This document shows, piece after piece, positions 54,441 through 64,000 of a stretch of 64,000 bases of DNA (position 1 is the first letter of the stretch; each line of letters opens with the position of its first letter). The position numbers and the translations under genes were made by a program. The DNA is from Verrucomicrobiota bacterium. Its GTDB lineage: Bacteria > Verrucomicrobiota > Verrucomicrobiia > Opitutales > Coraliomargaritaceae. A model generated the notes under the pieces. It made no database searches, was not told where the DNA came from, and saw only the letters and a list, made by a program, of their open reading frames with translations. The stretch spans positions 32,001-96,000 of the forward strand of contig JBCBZJ010000008.1 in the NCBI GenBank assembly GCA_039815375.1, read 5' to 3'.

Positions 54441-56264
54441 ATGCCAGACATTAAGCCAGCTGCCCTTCTGCTGTCCTCTGTGATCATAGCTCTGGTATTG
54501 CCCCTGTTTTTACTTTCCCCTGCTCAGATACAGTGGGTCCTACAGTATTGCACGTACTGGGTCATTCTCGCCCTGCTTGTGTTTTTTATTCTTGGGCTGG
54601 TGCGTTTAAGTTACGACCCGAATGTTCGTGATGACTGGCTTGAGTGTTTTCGTCCGCTGCAACTCCTATTTATAGTCGGGATGTCCTGGCTTATGATCAG
54701 TCTACAACCGACCGGTTATAAGGTTGTGATGGACGAGCCCGTGTTAATTGTTACGGCCCAGCAGATGCATCAGGAAAAGCAGTTTCTTGTGCCCTATAGC
54801 TGCTATGAACTTGGTGGAGTGTTTTACACTTTTGATGGATACGTGGACAAGCGTCCCGGATTCTATGTTTTTTTGGTAAGCCTGTTGCATGATTTGACAG
54901 GTTATCGAACCAGCCAGGGCTTCGTCCTGAACCATCTTTTGGTTGTTATATTTATTGCTTTGTTGGCTGTGGTCGGCCGCAAACTATGGCCGGCTTTAGG
55001 ATTCTTTGTGGCTCCTCTTCTCGTTTTAACCGTGCCTCTATTTTCGATCAGTGCGAACGGTTCCGGGTTCGACTTCCTTAACGTCCTGATGGTTCTGGCT
55101 ACTGTATATCTCGGAGCGATTTACTATAACTCTCCTTCTGAGGAGCGTATGAATCTTTGCATCCTATCGGCAGCTTTACTAGCCCACACAAGATATGAAT
55201 CAGCAATGTATGCAGTCCCTATTGGACTTCTCGTGATTCTTGGGTGGCTTCGAACAAGACGGATACTTGTCTCCTACACGACGAGCCTTATTCCGCTTGC
55301 ATTTTCGCCACTGCTCATGCTCCAACTGATGATACGATCTACACCTGAGCATTGGCAGATTCGCGGTGAAAGTGGCGAGCCTTTTTCTTTAACCTATCTC
55401 GGTGAGAATCTGGAGGCTGCAGCAAATTTCTTCTACCAGTTTGGCCCCAACCAGCCGAATAGCTTTTATGTTAGCGCTTTGTTTGTAATTCTTCTCATCA
55501 CATGTCTCCTCCGGTGGCCAAGTTTGCGGAATCGATTGGCAGACTTTAAGCCGCCGGAAGGCTGGCCGGCCTACCTACTGCTCGGTTTTGGAGCGACCGG
55601 GCTGCTAGGCCTATTAATGTTTTACCATTGGGGACAACTTGATGACTCGGCTGCGTCGCGGCTAGCCATGCCTTTCATTTTGATGCAGATATTGACGATC
55701 ACTTACCTGTCGTCGCTTGTTTTTCAGGTTAGATTGAGTGGTTTAATTTTTGTTGCCTGCGCTGTTTTTTATTTCATGGGGGTTTCAAGGCCTGTTTGCG
55801 CATCGACGTCTTTCCTTTCGACCTATCCCTCCGTGCGGCAAGCGATTTGGACCCGGGAGAAAGTTATCGAGCATCGTGATGAACCAGCACTTTTTGTTCT
55901 ACAGCAGCGCCTGATTCCAGTTGGTGAAAGAAAATCCGGTTTGGAGATTCGGACTGCGATTGAGCGCAAGGCGCAGCTGGCACTCCATTTGGAACTCCAG
56001 ACCTTTTCAGAGGTTTATCTCTTTTTCACTCAAGACCGCACTGATACCGGGACAGGAGACTACACAAGGTTCGAATTGGGTTCACATTTTGAATACGAAG
56101 TGATCGAAAGCCAACGGCTGGACAGAATACGGGAAGTATTCATGGCAAAACTAATCCGAGTCAAACTCGACGACGATACCAACCCCTACGAGAGTCTGAA
56201 AGTCTTCGATGGTATCGATAAGCCGGCTGAGTGGAGCGCATTACACCTCTCAACGCTGCCATAA
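54441..56264 (+). CDS. GT-C fold (ArnT/PMT-like) membrane glycosyltransferase
   Basis: Many TM helices, luminal MDEP acidic motif, DKRPG, TRYES. Confidence 0.7.
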   Translation: MPDIKPAALLLSSVIIALVLPLFLLSPAQIQWVLQYCTYWVILALLVFFILGLVRLSYDPNVRDDWLECFRPLQLLFIVGMSWLMISLQPTGYKVVMDEPVLIVTAQQMHQEKQFLVPYSCYELGGVFYTFDGYVDKRPGFYVFLVSLLHDLTGYRTSQGFVLNHLLVVIFIALLAVVGRKLWPALGFFVAPLLVLTVPLFSISANGSGFDFLNVLMVLATVYLGAIYYNSPSEERMNLCILSAALLAHTRYESAMYAVPIGLLVILGWLRTRRILVSYTTSLIPLAFSPLLMLQLMIRSTPEHWQIRGESGEPFSLTYLGENLEAAANFFYQFGPNQPNSFYVSALFVILLITCLLRWPSLRNRLADFKPPEGWPAYLLLGFGATGLLGLLMFYHWGQLDDSAASRLAMPFILMQILTITYLSSLVFQVRLSGLIFVACAVFYFMGVSRPVCASTSFLSTYPSVRQAIWTREKVIEHRDEPALFVLQQRLIPVGERKSGLEIRTAIERKAQLALHLELQTFSEVYLFFTQDRTDTGTGDYTRFELGSHFEYEVIESQRLDRIREVFMAKLIRVKLDDDTNPYESLKVFDGIDKPAEWSALHLSTLP

Positions 56265-56276
56265 TCTGAGATAAGG

Positions 56277-58109
56277 ATGACAGAGAATTCTCATAGTTTC
56301 CCAAAGATCGAGAAGTATCGTGGATTCGTTTTCGTGTTCAGCATATTCTTTGCGGTTGCCTTCTCTTTTGCATTTCCGATCGGGGGAGCCGAGGCATTCC
56401 TAAAGTCGAGTGCGTATTGGTTTGCTTGGGTCCCTTGTGTGCTCTTCATTTTTTATTTATTGAGCGAGGCCCGATCGAGTGGGCTTCGAAATCTGACTGG
56501 TTTGAAACAGTGGAGACTATGGACGTTTCTTGCAGTTGCCTTCGCCTGTCTCTTATTGGTGCATGCTGAGTTTGGCTACAAGATCGCGATGGATGATTAT
56601 GTGCTCGTGGCAACGTCTCAGAATTTCCACTACACTCGCGAGTTTTTTGTTCCAACATCAGGCTTCTGGAAGGGAGGGGGTGCAGACTTTGTATTTCATG
56701 ACGGCTATATCGACAAGCGTCCGTGGCTATATCCCTTTATTGTATCGATTGTTCATGACCTCACTGCGTTTCGCGTAGAGAATGCATATCTCGTCAATTT
56801 ACTTTCGGTTGGTGTGCTTATGCTTGCCGCGTTTTACTTTGTAAAAAGAGTAGCTACAGCGCGTGGTGCGATACTTACCTGCTTATTGATCGTGAGTATC
56901 CCGCTCATTGCGCAGAATGCAACGGGTGCCGGTATAGACATGCTCAACGTGACCTTGCTAATGGTCACAATGCTAATTGCAGCGAAGTATCTGGAATTAC
57001 CCAGTGCAAAAACCGAAGGTCTATTAATCGTTAGTGCGATACTGTTGATGTATTCCCGATATGAGTCTGCCATCTATGCCATACCAACAGCACTTATTGT
57101 TGCATTGGGCTGGTGGCGAGCCAAGCGAGTGTTTCTTTCTATACCAGCGATTTTGTCTGCCCCGATGCTGGTTGGCTTGATCCTGCAAAATCGCATCTTC
57201 CGCAGTTCGGAGGCTCTATGGGAACTCCATTCAGGAACGGCGCAGGCCTTCGGGTTTGCCAACATCGCAGAAAATCTACCTCGCGCGCTTTATTTCTTTT
57301 TCAGCATGGATGGAACCTTGGCGAACGCTCCGTGGATTTCAGCCCTGGGAGTCTTGTCCCTTTTGTTCTTTCTTCTCTATTTGTATCGTGAGTTGAGATC
57401 TGTAGGTAAGCTTCCAGCCGCAACGCAAGCCCTTTCTATTTTCAGTTTCTTTATTGTTCTGAATTTCATCATACTTCTGGCTTACCATGATGGTAAATTG
57501 GACCGGCTCTTTGCCTCGAGGCTGAGCCTACCCTTTTACTTGTTACTTGCGTTGGCACCAGGTTTTGCCTTTCGCGAATCATTTTCGCGCCCCATCACAT
57601 TTCGCATAGTAACAGGGGTAACGGTGCTTTTTTTGATTGGATGGACTTTGCCCATGAATTCAAAACAGGTTTTCACTCAGCGTAATTTCATTAAGAAAGA
57701 TTTGGATTGGCTTATTGGGGAGGTCGGAACGAAGGTGCGACGTGACGATCTTGTGATCGACCAATATTCAACGGCATGGTCGATCCATAAAAAAACTGCA
57801 CTTAAACCATTAGTTGCGATTCAGAGTCTGGACTGGATCGACAAAAGATTGAGCGCAGGTCGCTTATCGAACGTTTATCTGGTGGAGCGGCTTGAGTATG
57901 TTATTGTTGATGGAAAGCCCCAACTTCAGACGTCGACGTATCCTGAGGGGATTTTTGATAGGTCACTTCTGTTCGAACGGAGCTTCCGGCCCTTTTCTCT
58001 GGTTCGGGTTTATCGTTTGGATGAGATTTATCCGGAGCGCCTGCCCGATGACTGGGTCGAGAACCGGATTGGAGGCAATGTGCAGAACTATACCTACACG
58101 GGCTTGTGA
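56277..58109 (+). CDS. GT-C fold membrane glycosyltransferase, paralog of the previous gene
   Basis: GYKIAMDD, DGYIDKRP, HDLT, SRYES, SRLSLPF. Confidence 0.7.
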   Translation: MTENSHSFPKIEKYRGFVFVFSIFFAVAFSFAFPIGGAEAFLKSSAYWFAWVPCVLFIFYLLSEARSSGLRNLTGLKQWRLWTFLAVAFACLLLVHAEFGYKIAMDDYVLVATSQNFHYTREFFVPTSGFWKGGGADFVFHDGYIDKRPWLYPFIVSIVHDLTAFRVENAYLVNLLSVGVLMLAAFYFVKRVATARGAILTCLLIVSIPLIAQNATGAGIDMLNVTLLMVTMLIAAKYLELPSAKTEGLLIVSAILLMYSRYESAIYAIPTALIVALGWWRAKRVFLSIPAILSAPMLVGLILQNRIFRSSEALWELHSGTAQAFGFANIAENLPRALYFFFSMDGTLANAPWISALGVLSLLFFLLYLYRELRSVGKLPAATQALSIFSFFIVLNFIILLAYHDGKLDRLFASRLSLPFYLLLALAPGFAFRESFSRPITFRIVTGVTVLFLIGWTLPMNSKQVFTQRNFIKKDLDWLIGEVGTKVRRDDLVIDQYSTAWSIHKKTALKPLVAIQSLDWIDKRLSAGRLSNVYLVERLEYVIVDGKPQLQTSTYPEGIFDRSLLFERSFRPFSLVRVYRLDEIYPERLPDDWVENRIGGNVQNYTYTGL

Positions 58110-59398
58110 TACCTATGTCTGGGAAAACCCGATTGAACTTTTTTCATCTCGGCTTGATCGTCGCGGTGGTTTTCTGGATTTTGTTTCACTTCCTTTATCC
58201 GACGATGTGGAAGCAAACGATCGGTCCTATGTCTTTGGGAACAGAGGCTCCCGTATACCCCTTCCTGGACATGCACGGACGTCTTGCAGCGCATGAAGCA
58301 TGGTCTACCGGTTTTGATGTAATCTATAATCCGAATCCGCTTGATCCTTTGGGAAGGCAAAGTGTAAAGCCGAGCTGGGGACTCAAAATTTCCTCTCTGG
58401 GAATGTTCCGGGACCAACTTGCAGTCGCCTCCAGTATAGCGATTTTCGGGGCGCTCATTTGTATGTTATCGGTCTTGCGTGTCCGCAGTATTGGAGAAGG
58501 GATTTATGCCTTCTTGCTCATCGCGAGTCCTGCTCTGATGCTTAGCTTTGAGCGAGCGAATGATGATCTCGTATACTTCTCATTTTTAGGTCTTATCCCG
58601 CTTCTGCTTCGAGATTCGGAGAAACCCAAAGCTTATCTATTCTGGTTGTGTTGGTTTGTTATATTTATGTTAGCTCCAGCCAAGTATTATCCAGGAGCTG
58701 CTTTCGCCATTTTCCTGGTCTCCCCGCCAAAGCCTGGGCTATTTTGGCAGTTATTCTTCGCCGGCCTTATTTTTGTGGGTGTCGTTCTGGGTTTTTATTG
58801 GAACGAGATCAACTATCTGCGGAGTGCGGTTCCAAGTCCTAGTTTTTTCATGGTTAATGGTTTGCCAGTATGGTTACGCCATTTGGAATTACCCGGATTC
58901 GTGCGTGTTATGGCCTCTGCGCTCATTGCTTTTATGGTATTGGCGGGCGTAAGCACAATGTGGAGACAGGTACTTTTTGAGAAAATAAGTATCTCAAGTA
59001 AGAGATGCTACGTCCTTGGCCTATCGATCTACCTTTTTTGCTACCTGCTGAATTCGAACTACGACTATCGCTTTGTTTTCCTAATCTTTTTGATACCAGC
59101 TCTGTTTGAACTTACACAGGCCATGAAAGATCGGCATCAGTGGAAGAGAATGCTATACACGCTTTTGATTTGTTTGTGTGTGCTCTTATGGGTTGATGTT
59201 CTTGGTTATCACTTTGTTAAGAACTGGGTATCAGAACCCTTACAAGTGCCTGTGGTGGAGCAGGTGACGTTATTTAAAAATTTGACGCTGTTTTTTCTGA
59301 TTCTACCGCTCTCATGGATCTTCGGTTGCTTCATAGGGCCAGGTATTTTTTATGTCTTTGGTTTAGAGCGCTTCAGGGAGCTCCCGAGCAAGAACTAG
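58106..59398 (+). CDS. Polytopic membrane protein, GT87-like GT-C
   Basis: ERANDDL, KYYP, NYDYRF motifs among TM helices. Confidence 0.55.
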   Translation: MIPMSGKTRLNFFHLGLIVAVVFWILFHFLYPTMWKQTIGPMSLGTEAPVYPFLDMHGRLAAHEAWSTGFDVIYNPNPLDPLGRQSVKPSWGLKISSLGMFRDQLAVASSIAIFGALICMLSVLRVRSIGEGIYAFLLIASPALMLSFERANDDLVYFSFLGLIPLLLRDSEKPKAYLFWLCWFVIFMLAPAKYYPGAAFAIFLVSPPKPGLFWQLFFAGLIFVGVVLGFYWNEINYLRSAVPSPSFFMVNGLPVWLRHLELPGFVRVMASALIAFMVLAGVSTMWRQVLFEKISISSKRCYVLGLSIYLFCYLLNSNYDYRFVFLIFLIPALFELTQAMKDRHQWKRMLYTLLICLCVLLWVDVLGYHFVKNWVSEPLQVPVVEQVTLFKNLTLFFLILPLSWIFGCFIGPGIFYVFGLERFRELPSKN

Positions 59399-61357
59399 AG
59401 AAAAATCATCGCTGCTCCGCGCGATGATGAATGGCTCCCACTTTTCAGAATAGTGGCCCATCACAAGTAGGTAGTCCATTTGAGATATGGAAAAGTATTC
59501 GATTGCTTTTTCGATTTCGATTTTCCCGATGTCGCGTATGCGGTCCATAGGAACCCAATAGAGATCAGGTCTTTCAAGATAGTAGCCGTAGTGCATGTTG
59601 TGGCCACCCGTATAGAGGGCGACTGTGCTATACTCAGGTATATCCAGTAATAGTGTTTCAGGATCTCCCTCGTGGAGCGTTTCCTTGGTGAGCAAGGTTC
59701 CCCATCTATAGTTCTCACTTTGTTCGGCGAGGACTCGAGTGAAAGGCCCTGCATGTGTGAGTGACTCTTTGCTTATTTTAATAATTGGATTCTGAAAATC
59801 GGTCAGTTTGATGGACAGCATCGCAAGCGATGCGATCGCAATAAGACTGCTGCTTACCCATTTGCGATTGAAAGTATCCAGCGTGACCGCCATCGCGGGG
59901 GCCAAGCTCAAGAAAAACAAAGTAAAAAAACGGCTATTGTTGATCATCCACGATATCTCGATTGAGATGATCAATAGATAGACTACCGGAGGTAGTATCA
60001 GCACGGCTATCTGTTTTGGCGATCTCCAGAATGCTATCGGCAGGCAGATGAATAAAAGAATAGCGCTGATGGGCCCGAACCAAGCCATGTTTTCGTCAGG
60101 CACCCAAGTGATTGAAAACGGACCTCTTGATGAGCCGACCTGTTCAAAAATGGGTTCAAAATGCTGGTGATAGAATTTGTTTAGCTGTTTTGATAGAAGA
60201 GGTGACCCTATGAGTTTACTTACGTAAACATCACTCAGGAAGTCTAATTGTAGTGTTTGAAACCCATAGCGAACCAGGTTTGCCACTGCACCTTTTGCAC
60301 CATCATTTTGAGTGCTTCTCTCTGTGAAACTTTCAGGTCCTGTCCAGGATTCATAGTGCTGGCTGTTAGCTGCGAAAAGCCAGATATTGGAGAGGATGAA
60401 AACGATGACGAGAGACGACAGGACAAGGGCCCATTTTTGCCGCGCTTCGTCTAGAATCTTCCTCATTTGATCGATTTTCCATAACTTCAGTTTGATTATA
60501 GCCAGCAGTCCAAGTCCTGGGATGAAGGCGAGAAATGTTGTCTTGGCCGACAAGCCATAAGCAGCAAGAATCAGGAGACCCAAAAGAGCGTTCAGCTTCG
60601 TTTTCTGATCCATTTGGATAACCAGAAAAAGTGCAGACATGCCCGCTGCAGCCATCAATATGTCGTTTTTTGTGCTGACTGACTGTAGAAGTAAGCCTGT
60701 CATACTAAGAAGTGCAAATGCAGTGCAAGCTGCGACTTGTTGGTTGGAAAAATTGCGGGCGATTGCATAAACCAGTGCGCCGATTGCCAGAAAAGAACTC
60801 AGGCTGAAGATACTTGTGCAGCTTACCGTGCCGAAAACGACGAAAGGGTAGAAGAGTATATCGGCACCGACCGGAAAGATGACTTGATGGTATCGATTAA
60901 AGTTCTCCAAAAAGAAGCTATTCTCCTGAATGAAAAGGAAGACACGGGGCAAGTGGTAAGTGAGTGTGTCAAAATTTCGAACAGGTAGTAAAAGAACCTG
61001 TGCAACGCTGTATAAGATGAGCAAAGATAACGGCACTACGATGTAAGGGTAACGCCTTGCCGCGGCTACGCCGGTGCGCCAGTCGTCTTTTAAGCTATTG
61101 GGTGTGAAGACGCAGGTGCGAATCACCCAGACGAGAAGAGCGATAAGCACGAACCAGTGCCATACTCCGATTCCAGTCAGGATACGGACTTGGAAGATGA
61201 ATGACAGTAGGGCTTGCGTAAGCGGCACGCTCAGGCCGAATGCTGCCATTGGATTCAGATGTCCGCGCAGACTCAGATACACTGCGATGCAAACCAGAGT
61301 GTAGTATAGGGCTATGCCCAAGCCAAAAAGTAGTTCCAATGAAAAGAGTGAATACAT
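59363..61357 (-). CDS. GT-C fold membrane glycosyltransferase
   Basis: NFDTLTYHLPR, STKNDI, AKTT; many TM helices. Confidence 0.65.
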   Translation of the reverse strand: MYSLFSLELLFGLGIALYYTLVCIAVYLSLRGHLNPMAAFGLSVPLTQALLSFIFQVRILTGIGVWHWFVLIALLVWVIRTCVFTPNSLKDDWRTGVAAARRYPYIVVPLSLLILYSVAQVLLLPVRNFDTLTYHLPRVFLFIQENSFFLENFNRYHQVIFPVGADILFYPFVVFGTVSCTSIFSLSSFLAIGALVYAIARNFSNQQVAACTAFALLSMTGLLLQSVSTKNDILMAAAGMSALFLVIQMDQKTKLNALLGLLILAAYGLSAKTTFLAFIPGLGLLAIIKLKLWKIDQMRKILDEARQKWALVLSSLVIVFILSNIWLFAANSQHYESWTGPESFTERSTQNDGAKGAVANLVRYGFQTLQLDFLSDVYVSKLIGSPLLSKQLNKFYHQHFEPIFEQVGSSRGPFSITWVPDENMAWFGPISAILLFICLPIAFWRSPKQIAVLILPPVVYLLIISIEISWMINNSRFFTLFFLSLAPAMAVTLDTFNRKWVSSSLIAIASLAMLSIKLTDFQNPIIKISKESLTHAGPFTRVLAEQSENYRWGTLLTKETLHEGDPETLLLDIPEYSTVALYTGGHNMHYGYYLERPDLYWVPMDRIRDIGKIEIEKAIEYFSISQMDYLLVMGHYSEKWEPFIIARSSDDFSLVLARELPEAL

Positions 61358-61386
61358 CCTATCTGGGCATTCAGGACTTCGCTGAG

Positions 61387-61776
61387 TTAAGACGTGGTGT
61401 CAGGTCGGCGTATGACTTTCCACCTATGAAGAACAATATAGCGGACGACCATGAAAAAGGCGAGTATAACAGCGGTGGATAGCCAACCTGAGGCGATCCC
61501 GGAATCGACAGCGAAACTGATAGCGAGCGTCGCAATTAGTGTAAGCGTAATGTTGCTAAAGGTGTATCGCCAGAAACTGGGAACGATCGTTTGTGCCCAG
61601 AGGTAGACGAAATACTTCAGGACAAATAGAAAGCTGATGATGCAAAGTGGCGTAATGAACGCATGCATTTCCATGAGGTCCAGCGCGACCCAATTCAGTC
61701 CTACCGCAAAAAAGTAGAAGAGAACACCCACGGATACAAAGGCACCGAAGTTTTTGAAGTAGTATGGAATACTCAC
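61387..61776 (-). CDS. GtrA-like 4-TM flippase candidate
   Basis: 129 aa, four helices, FVSVG...FWRY...RYIVLHRW; sits in the GT2 operon. Confidence 0.55.
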   Translation of the reverse strand: MSIPYYFKNFGAFVSVGVLFYFFAVGLNWVALDLMEMHAFITPLCIISFLFVLKYFVYLWAQTIVPSFWRYTFSNITLTLIATLAISFAVDSGIASGWLSTAVILAFFMVVRYIVLHRWKVIRRPDTTS

Positions 61777-61782
61777 ACGGGA

Positions 61783-62385
61783 CTATTTCCGAAGGATAAC
61801 GACGAAAGTCGGTGTTAGCAGGCTGAGTAAGCTGCTAATTCTGAACCTCAGGAGGAAGTAGGGGAAGAAGCCGTAGATTTTCGCCTCAGGAAAGATTTTT
61901 CTTATATCACGTTCCCTAAAAAATTGAAGGTGTGTCGGGTTTTGTAGTTCTTTACGCGTCTTTCCAAAGAGCCCGGCCACGGTATAGAACCAGAAGTAAC
62001 TGTTTGGTGTGGTTAGCAGGAGCTGACCGCCGTGTTTCAGCATCCGAAAAGCTTCGTCTCGAAAATGCTTCGGGTCTTCCAGATGCTCGATGACTTCACT
62101 GCACCAGATGAGATCGTAGGATTCGTCGGGGTAAGGTAGATCCTCATTCGCATCGATCACTTGCGCCTCATCATAGACTTTCTCGACGTCGATCGACGTT
62201 ACAGTGTAGCCTTCAGATTTGAGCCACTCGGATTGAATTCCTTCCCGGCATCCCACATCGAGAGCGGTTTTTCCATTTCCAGACTCAACGTGCTCCAAAG
62301 CAATGAGTTTTCCTTTGGTTGTGCCGCGCAGGTTGCCTTGGCCGAGGTCTATAGGAAGGCTCTTTAGAAAAGAAGTAAAACTCAT
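61783..62385 (-). CDS. Class I SAM-dependent methyltransferase
   Basis: ALDVGC, SEVIEHL, LLTTPN. Confidence 0.9.
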   Translation of the reverse strand: MSFTSFLKSLPIDLGQGNLRGTTKGKLIALEHVESGNGKTALDVGCREGIQSEWLKSEGYTVTSIDVEKVYDEAQVIDANEDLPYPDESYDLIWCSEVIEHLEDPKHFRDEAFRMLKHGGQLLLTTPNSYFWFYTVAGLFGKTRKELQNPTHLQFFRERDIRKIFPEAKIYGFFPYFLLRFRISSLLSLLTPTFVVILRK

Positions 62386-62413
62386 CGTCTGATTAGTTGT
62401 GGATAGCCGAATT

Positions 62414-63394
62414 TTAGGAAGGCCGTTTGTATCTAACAATATGGTGATCCAGTTTGGCTGAAATTTGCATGATCAGCTCACCGAGTATACCGATCATCAC
62501 CATGTTGAGGCCCAAGACCGAAAGTAACACGGCAACCAGAAAAAGAGGTCGATCTGCGAGCGCTTCTCCCATGAAGAGCTTTAGGTAAACGAGGTAAGCG
62601 GTTGTTGCGATCCCGATAGCGCCAATCAACAACCCTGTGAAGCCGAGCAACCGACCGGGCAACATGAGGTAAGGCTTGCGATGGGAGTGAACCGTAAAAG
62701 CGACGGATGCCAGATCCAAAAAAACGCTCAAGCTCTTCAGCTTTCCTTTATAGGAGGAAACACCAGCCTTTCGTTCGGCAAAAGGCACCTCGAACTCGGT
62801 GATCCGGGACGTATGGATCGAAGCAAGATCTGGTAGAAAACGATGCCATTCGCCATAGAGCCGGAACGATTTAGCAATTTCACGCTTCATGCCCTTGAGG
62901 CCACTCCCGCGATCACAAATTTTGAGGTCGTTAAGTCGATTGAGTAGTCCATTTGCCAGTCTGCTCTTTAGTGCATGCGAGGCACCCCAGCGGTCTTTTC
63001 TTGATGTATTGACAAAGTCATAGCCGCTGTCGAGTTCTTCGATCACTTTAAGTATTTCCTCTGCTGGTATCTCTAGATCGCCGGAGAATAAAATGACATG
63101 TGTTCCTCTGGCGGCATCGATACCGGCCTGATAGGCTCTGGTTTGACCATAGTTGCGAATTAAATCTATCGGAACCACCCGATCGTCATCGCGTGCCTTG
63201 GTTTTTATCCGTTCCAAAGTCCCGTCTTTGCTGCCGTCGTTAACTGGAAGCAACTCAAAGGCTTCGCCTTTTGATTCCAGCACCCCCACGATCTCCTCAA
63301 GTGAGTCCGAAATGTTATCCTCTTCATTCAAGCAGGGAATGATAACAGAGACTAGTCTTTGATCGGGGGATCTATCTGCATCCGGTTTAAGCAT
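62414..63394 (-). CDS. GT2 polyprenyl-phosphate glycosyltransferase (ArnC/GtrB-like)
   Basis: SVIIPCLNEE, VNDGSKD, RNYGQ, YGEWHRFLP, two C-terminal TMs. Confidence 0.9.
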   Translation of the reverse strand: MLKPDADRSPDQRLVSVIIPCLNEEDNISDSLEEIVGVLESKGEAFELLPVNDGSKDGTLERIKTKARDDDRVVPIDLIRNYGQTRAYQAGIDAARGTHVILFSGDLEIPAEEILKVIEELDSGYDFVNTSRKDRWGASHALKSRLANGLLNRLNDLKICDRGSGLKGMKREIAKSFRLYGEWHRFLPDLASIHTSRITEFEVPFAERKAGVSSYKGKLKSLSVFLDLASVAFTVHSHRKPYLMLPGRLLGFTGLLIGAIGIATTAYLVYLKLFMGEALADRPLFLVAVLLSVLGLNMVMIGILGELIMQISAKLDHHIVRYKRPS

Positions 63395-63423
63395 ACTATC
63401 TGCGGATTTTCTTGAGCGGGGAT

Positions 63424-64000
63424 TCAGGTGGGCTTTCTTGCGATACAGATCAGACTCTGGCCCTTAAAGGCGTTTAAGCGGATTAAGTCCATGATTTTGG
63501 AAAAATGTATCAGCACTCGATCAAAGAATGCGACATTTTTGGCATCGATTGTTTTTCGCTTGAATACTTTAAAATTCAAGAGCCATAGCCAATAACCAAG
63601 GAAATTGAAGTAATAGAGTTCAGTGATTTGGAGGCCGGCAGATTCAATTTTATCGGTCATACTCCTTTTCGTGTAGCGCCTGTAGTGTCCCATGAGATTA
63701 TCGATGGATGCATAAATCTCGGGATGTGCGGGAACCAGTAGACATACGCGGCCCCCTGGCTTCAAGAGAGCGTGCCAATTTTTTAGTTCTGCAATATCGT
63801 CTTCTATATGCTCAAGAACATTTACGCTGGCGATCGCATCGAAAGATCGATGGCCAACCAGTTCACTTGAGTAGGCGTTCAAGTGCTCGGCATTCGGAGC
63901 GGAAATCTTCAGTTCGTCGTGAAACTGAATTTCGGGTTCTAACGCGGTGACGGCTGCACCTTCGGCGTATTGCTGGATTATCTGTGTAAACTGACCAATG
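63424..64000 (-). CDS. Class I SAM-dependent methyltransferase (5' partial)
   Basis: Frame stays open to the window edge (IGQFT...ALEP); NVLEHIEDD, LKPGG, GHYRRY. Confidence 0.88.
   Translation of the reverse strand, partial: IGQFTQIIQQYAEGAAVTALEPEIQFHDELKISAPNAEHLNAYSSELVGHRSFDAIASVNVLEHIEDDIAELKNWHALLKPGGRVCLLVPAHPEIYASIDNLMGHYRRYTKRSMTDKIESAGLQITELYYFNFLGYWLWLLNFKVFKRKTIDAKNVAFFDRVLIHFSKIMDLIRLNAFKGQSLICIARKPT

Overview
Bacterial chromosome window. Gene order and protein styles suggest Verrucomicrobiota/Opitutia (Coraliomargarita-like); this taxonomic call is an inference. Most of it is housekeeping: nadC-birA-coaX, prc, prfA/prmC, rapA, mnmE-mnmG, phoB/phoR-like two-component system, trmB, the atpBEFHAGDC operon, mscS, rny, purM, cmk-aroA-tyrA. 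The standout observations are: (1) an AT-rich defence islet behind atpC. It holds a translationally coupled pair of a 775-aa PD-(D/E)xK nuclease + DGQHR (DndB/ParB-like) + Swt1-like HEPN protein and a Dam-family methyltransferase, which I cannot assign to a named system, plus three PIN toxin-antitoxin modules, GTAG REP doublets and a diverged duplicate of the atpC 3' end and terminator. (2) Two perfect parS palindromes inside the mnmG reading frame. (3) A type IV pilin followed by four GT-C-type membrane glycosyltransferases, a GtrA-like flippase, a GT2 and two methyltransferases, a candidate pilin glycosylation system. (4) A CxxC/PPPR leader gene in front of a Met/His-rich outer-membrane barrel, a candidate metal-responsive leader. 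(5) A three-hairpin leader with repeated AACCCC loops upstream of rny. Several eroded gene remnants are also present. I saw no rRNA, tRNA, CRISPR array, integrase or transposase.
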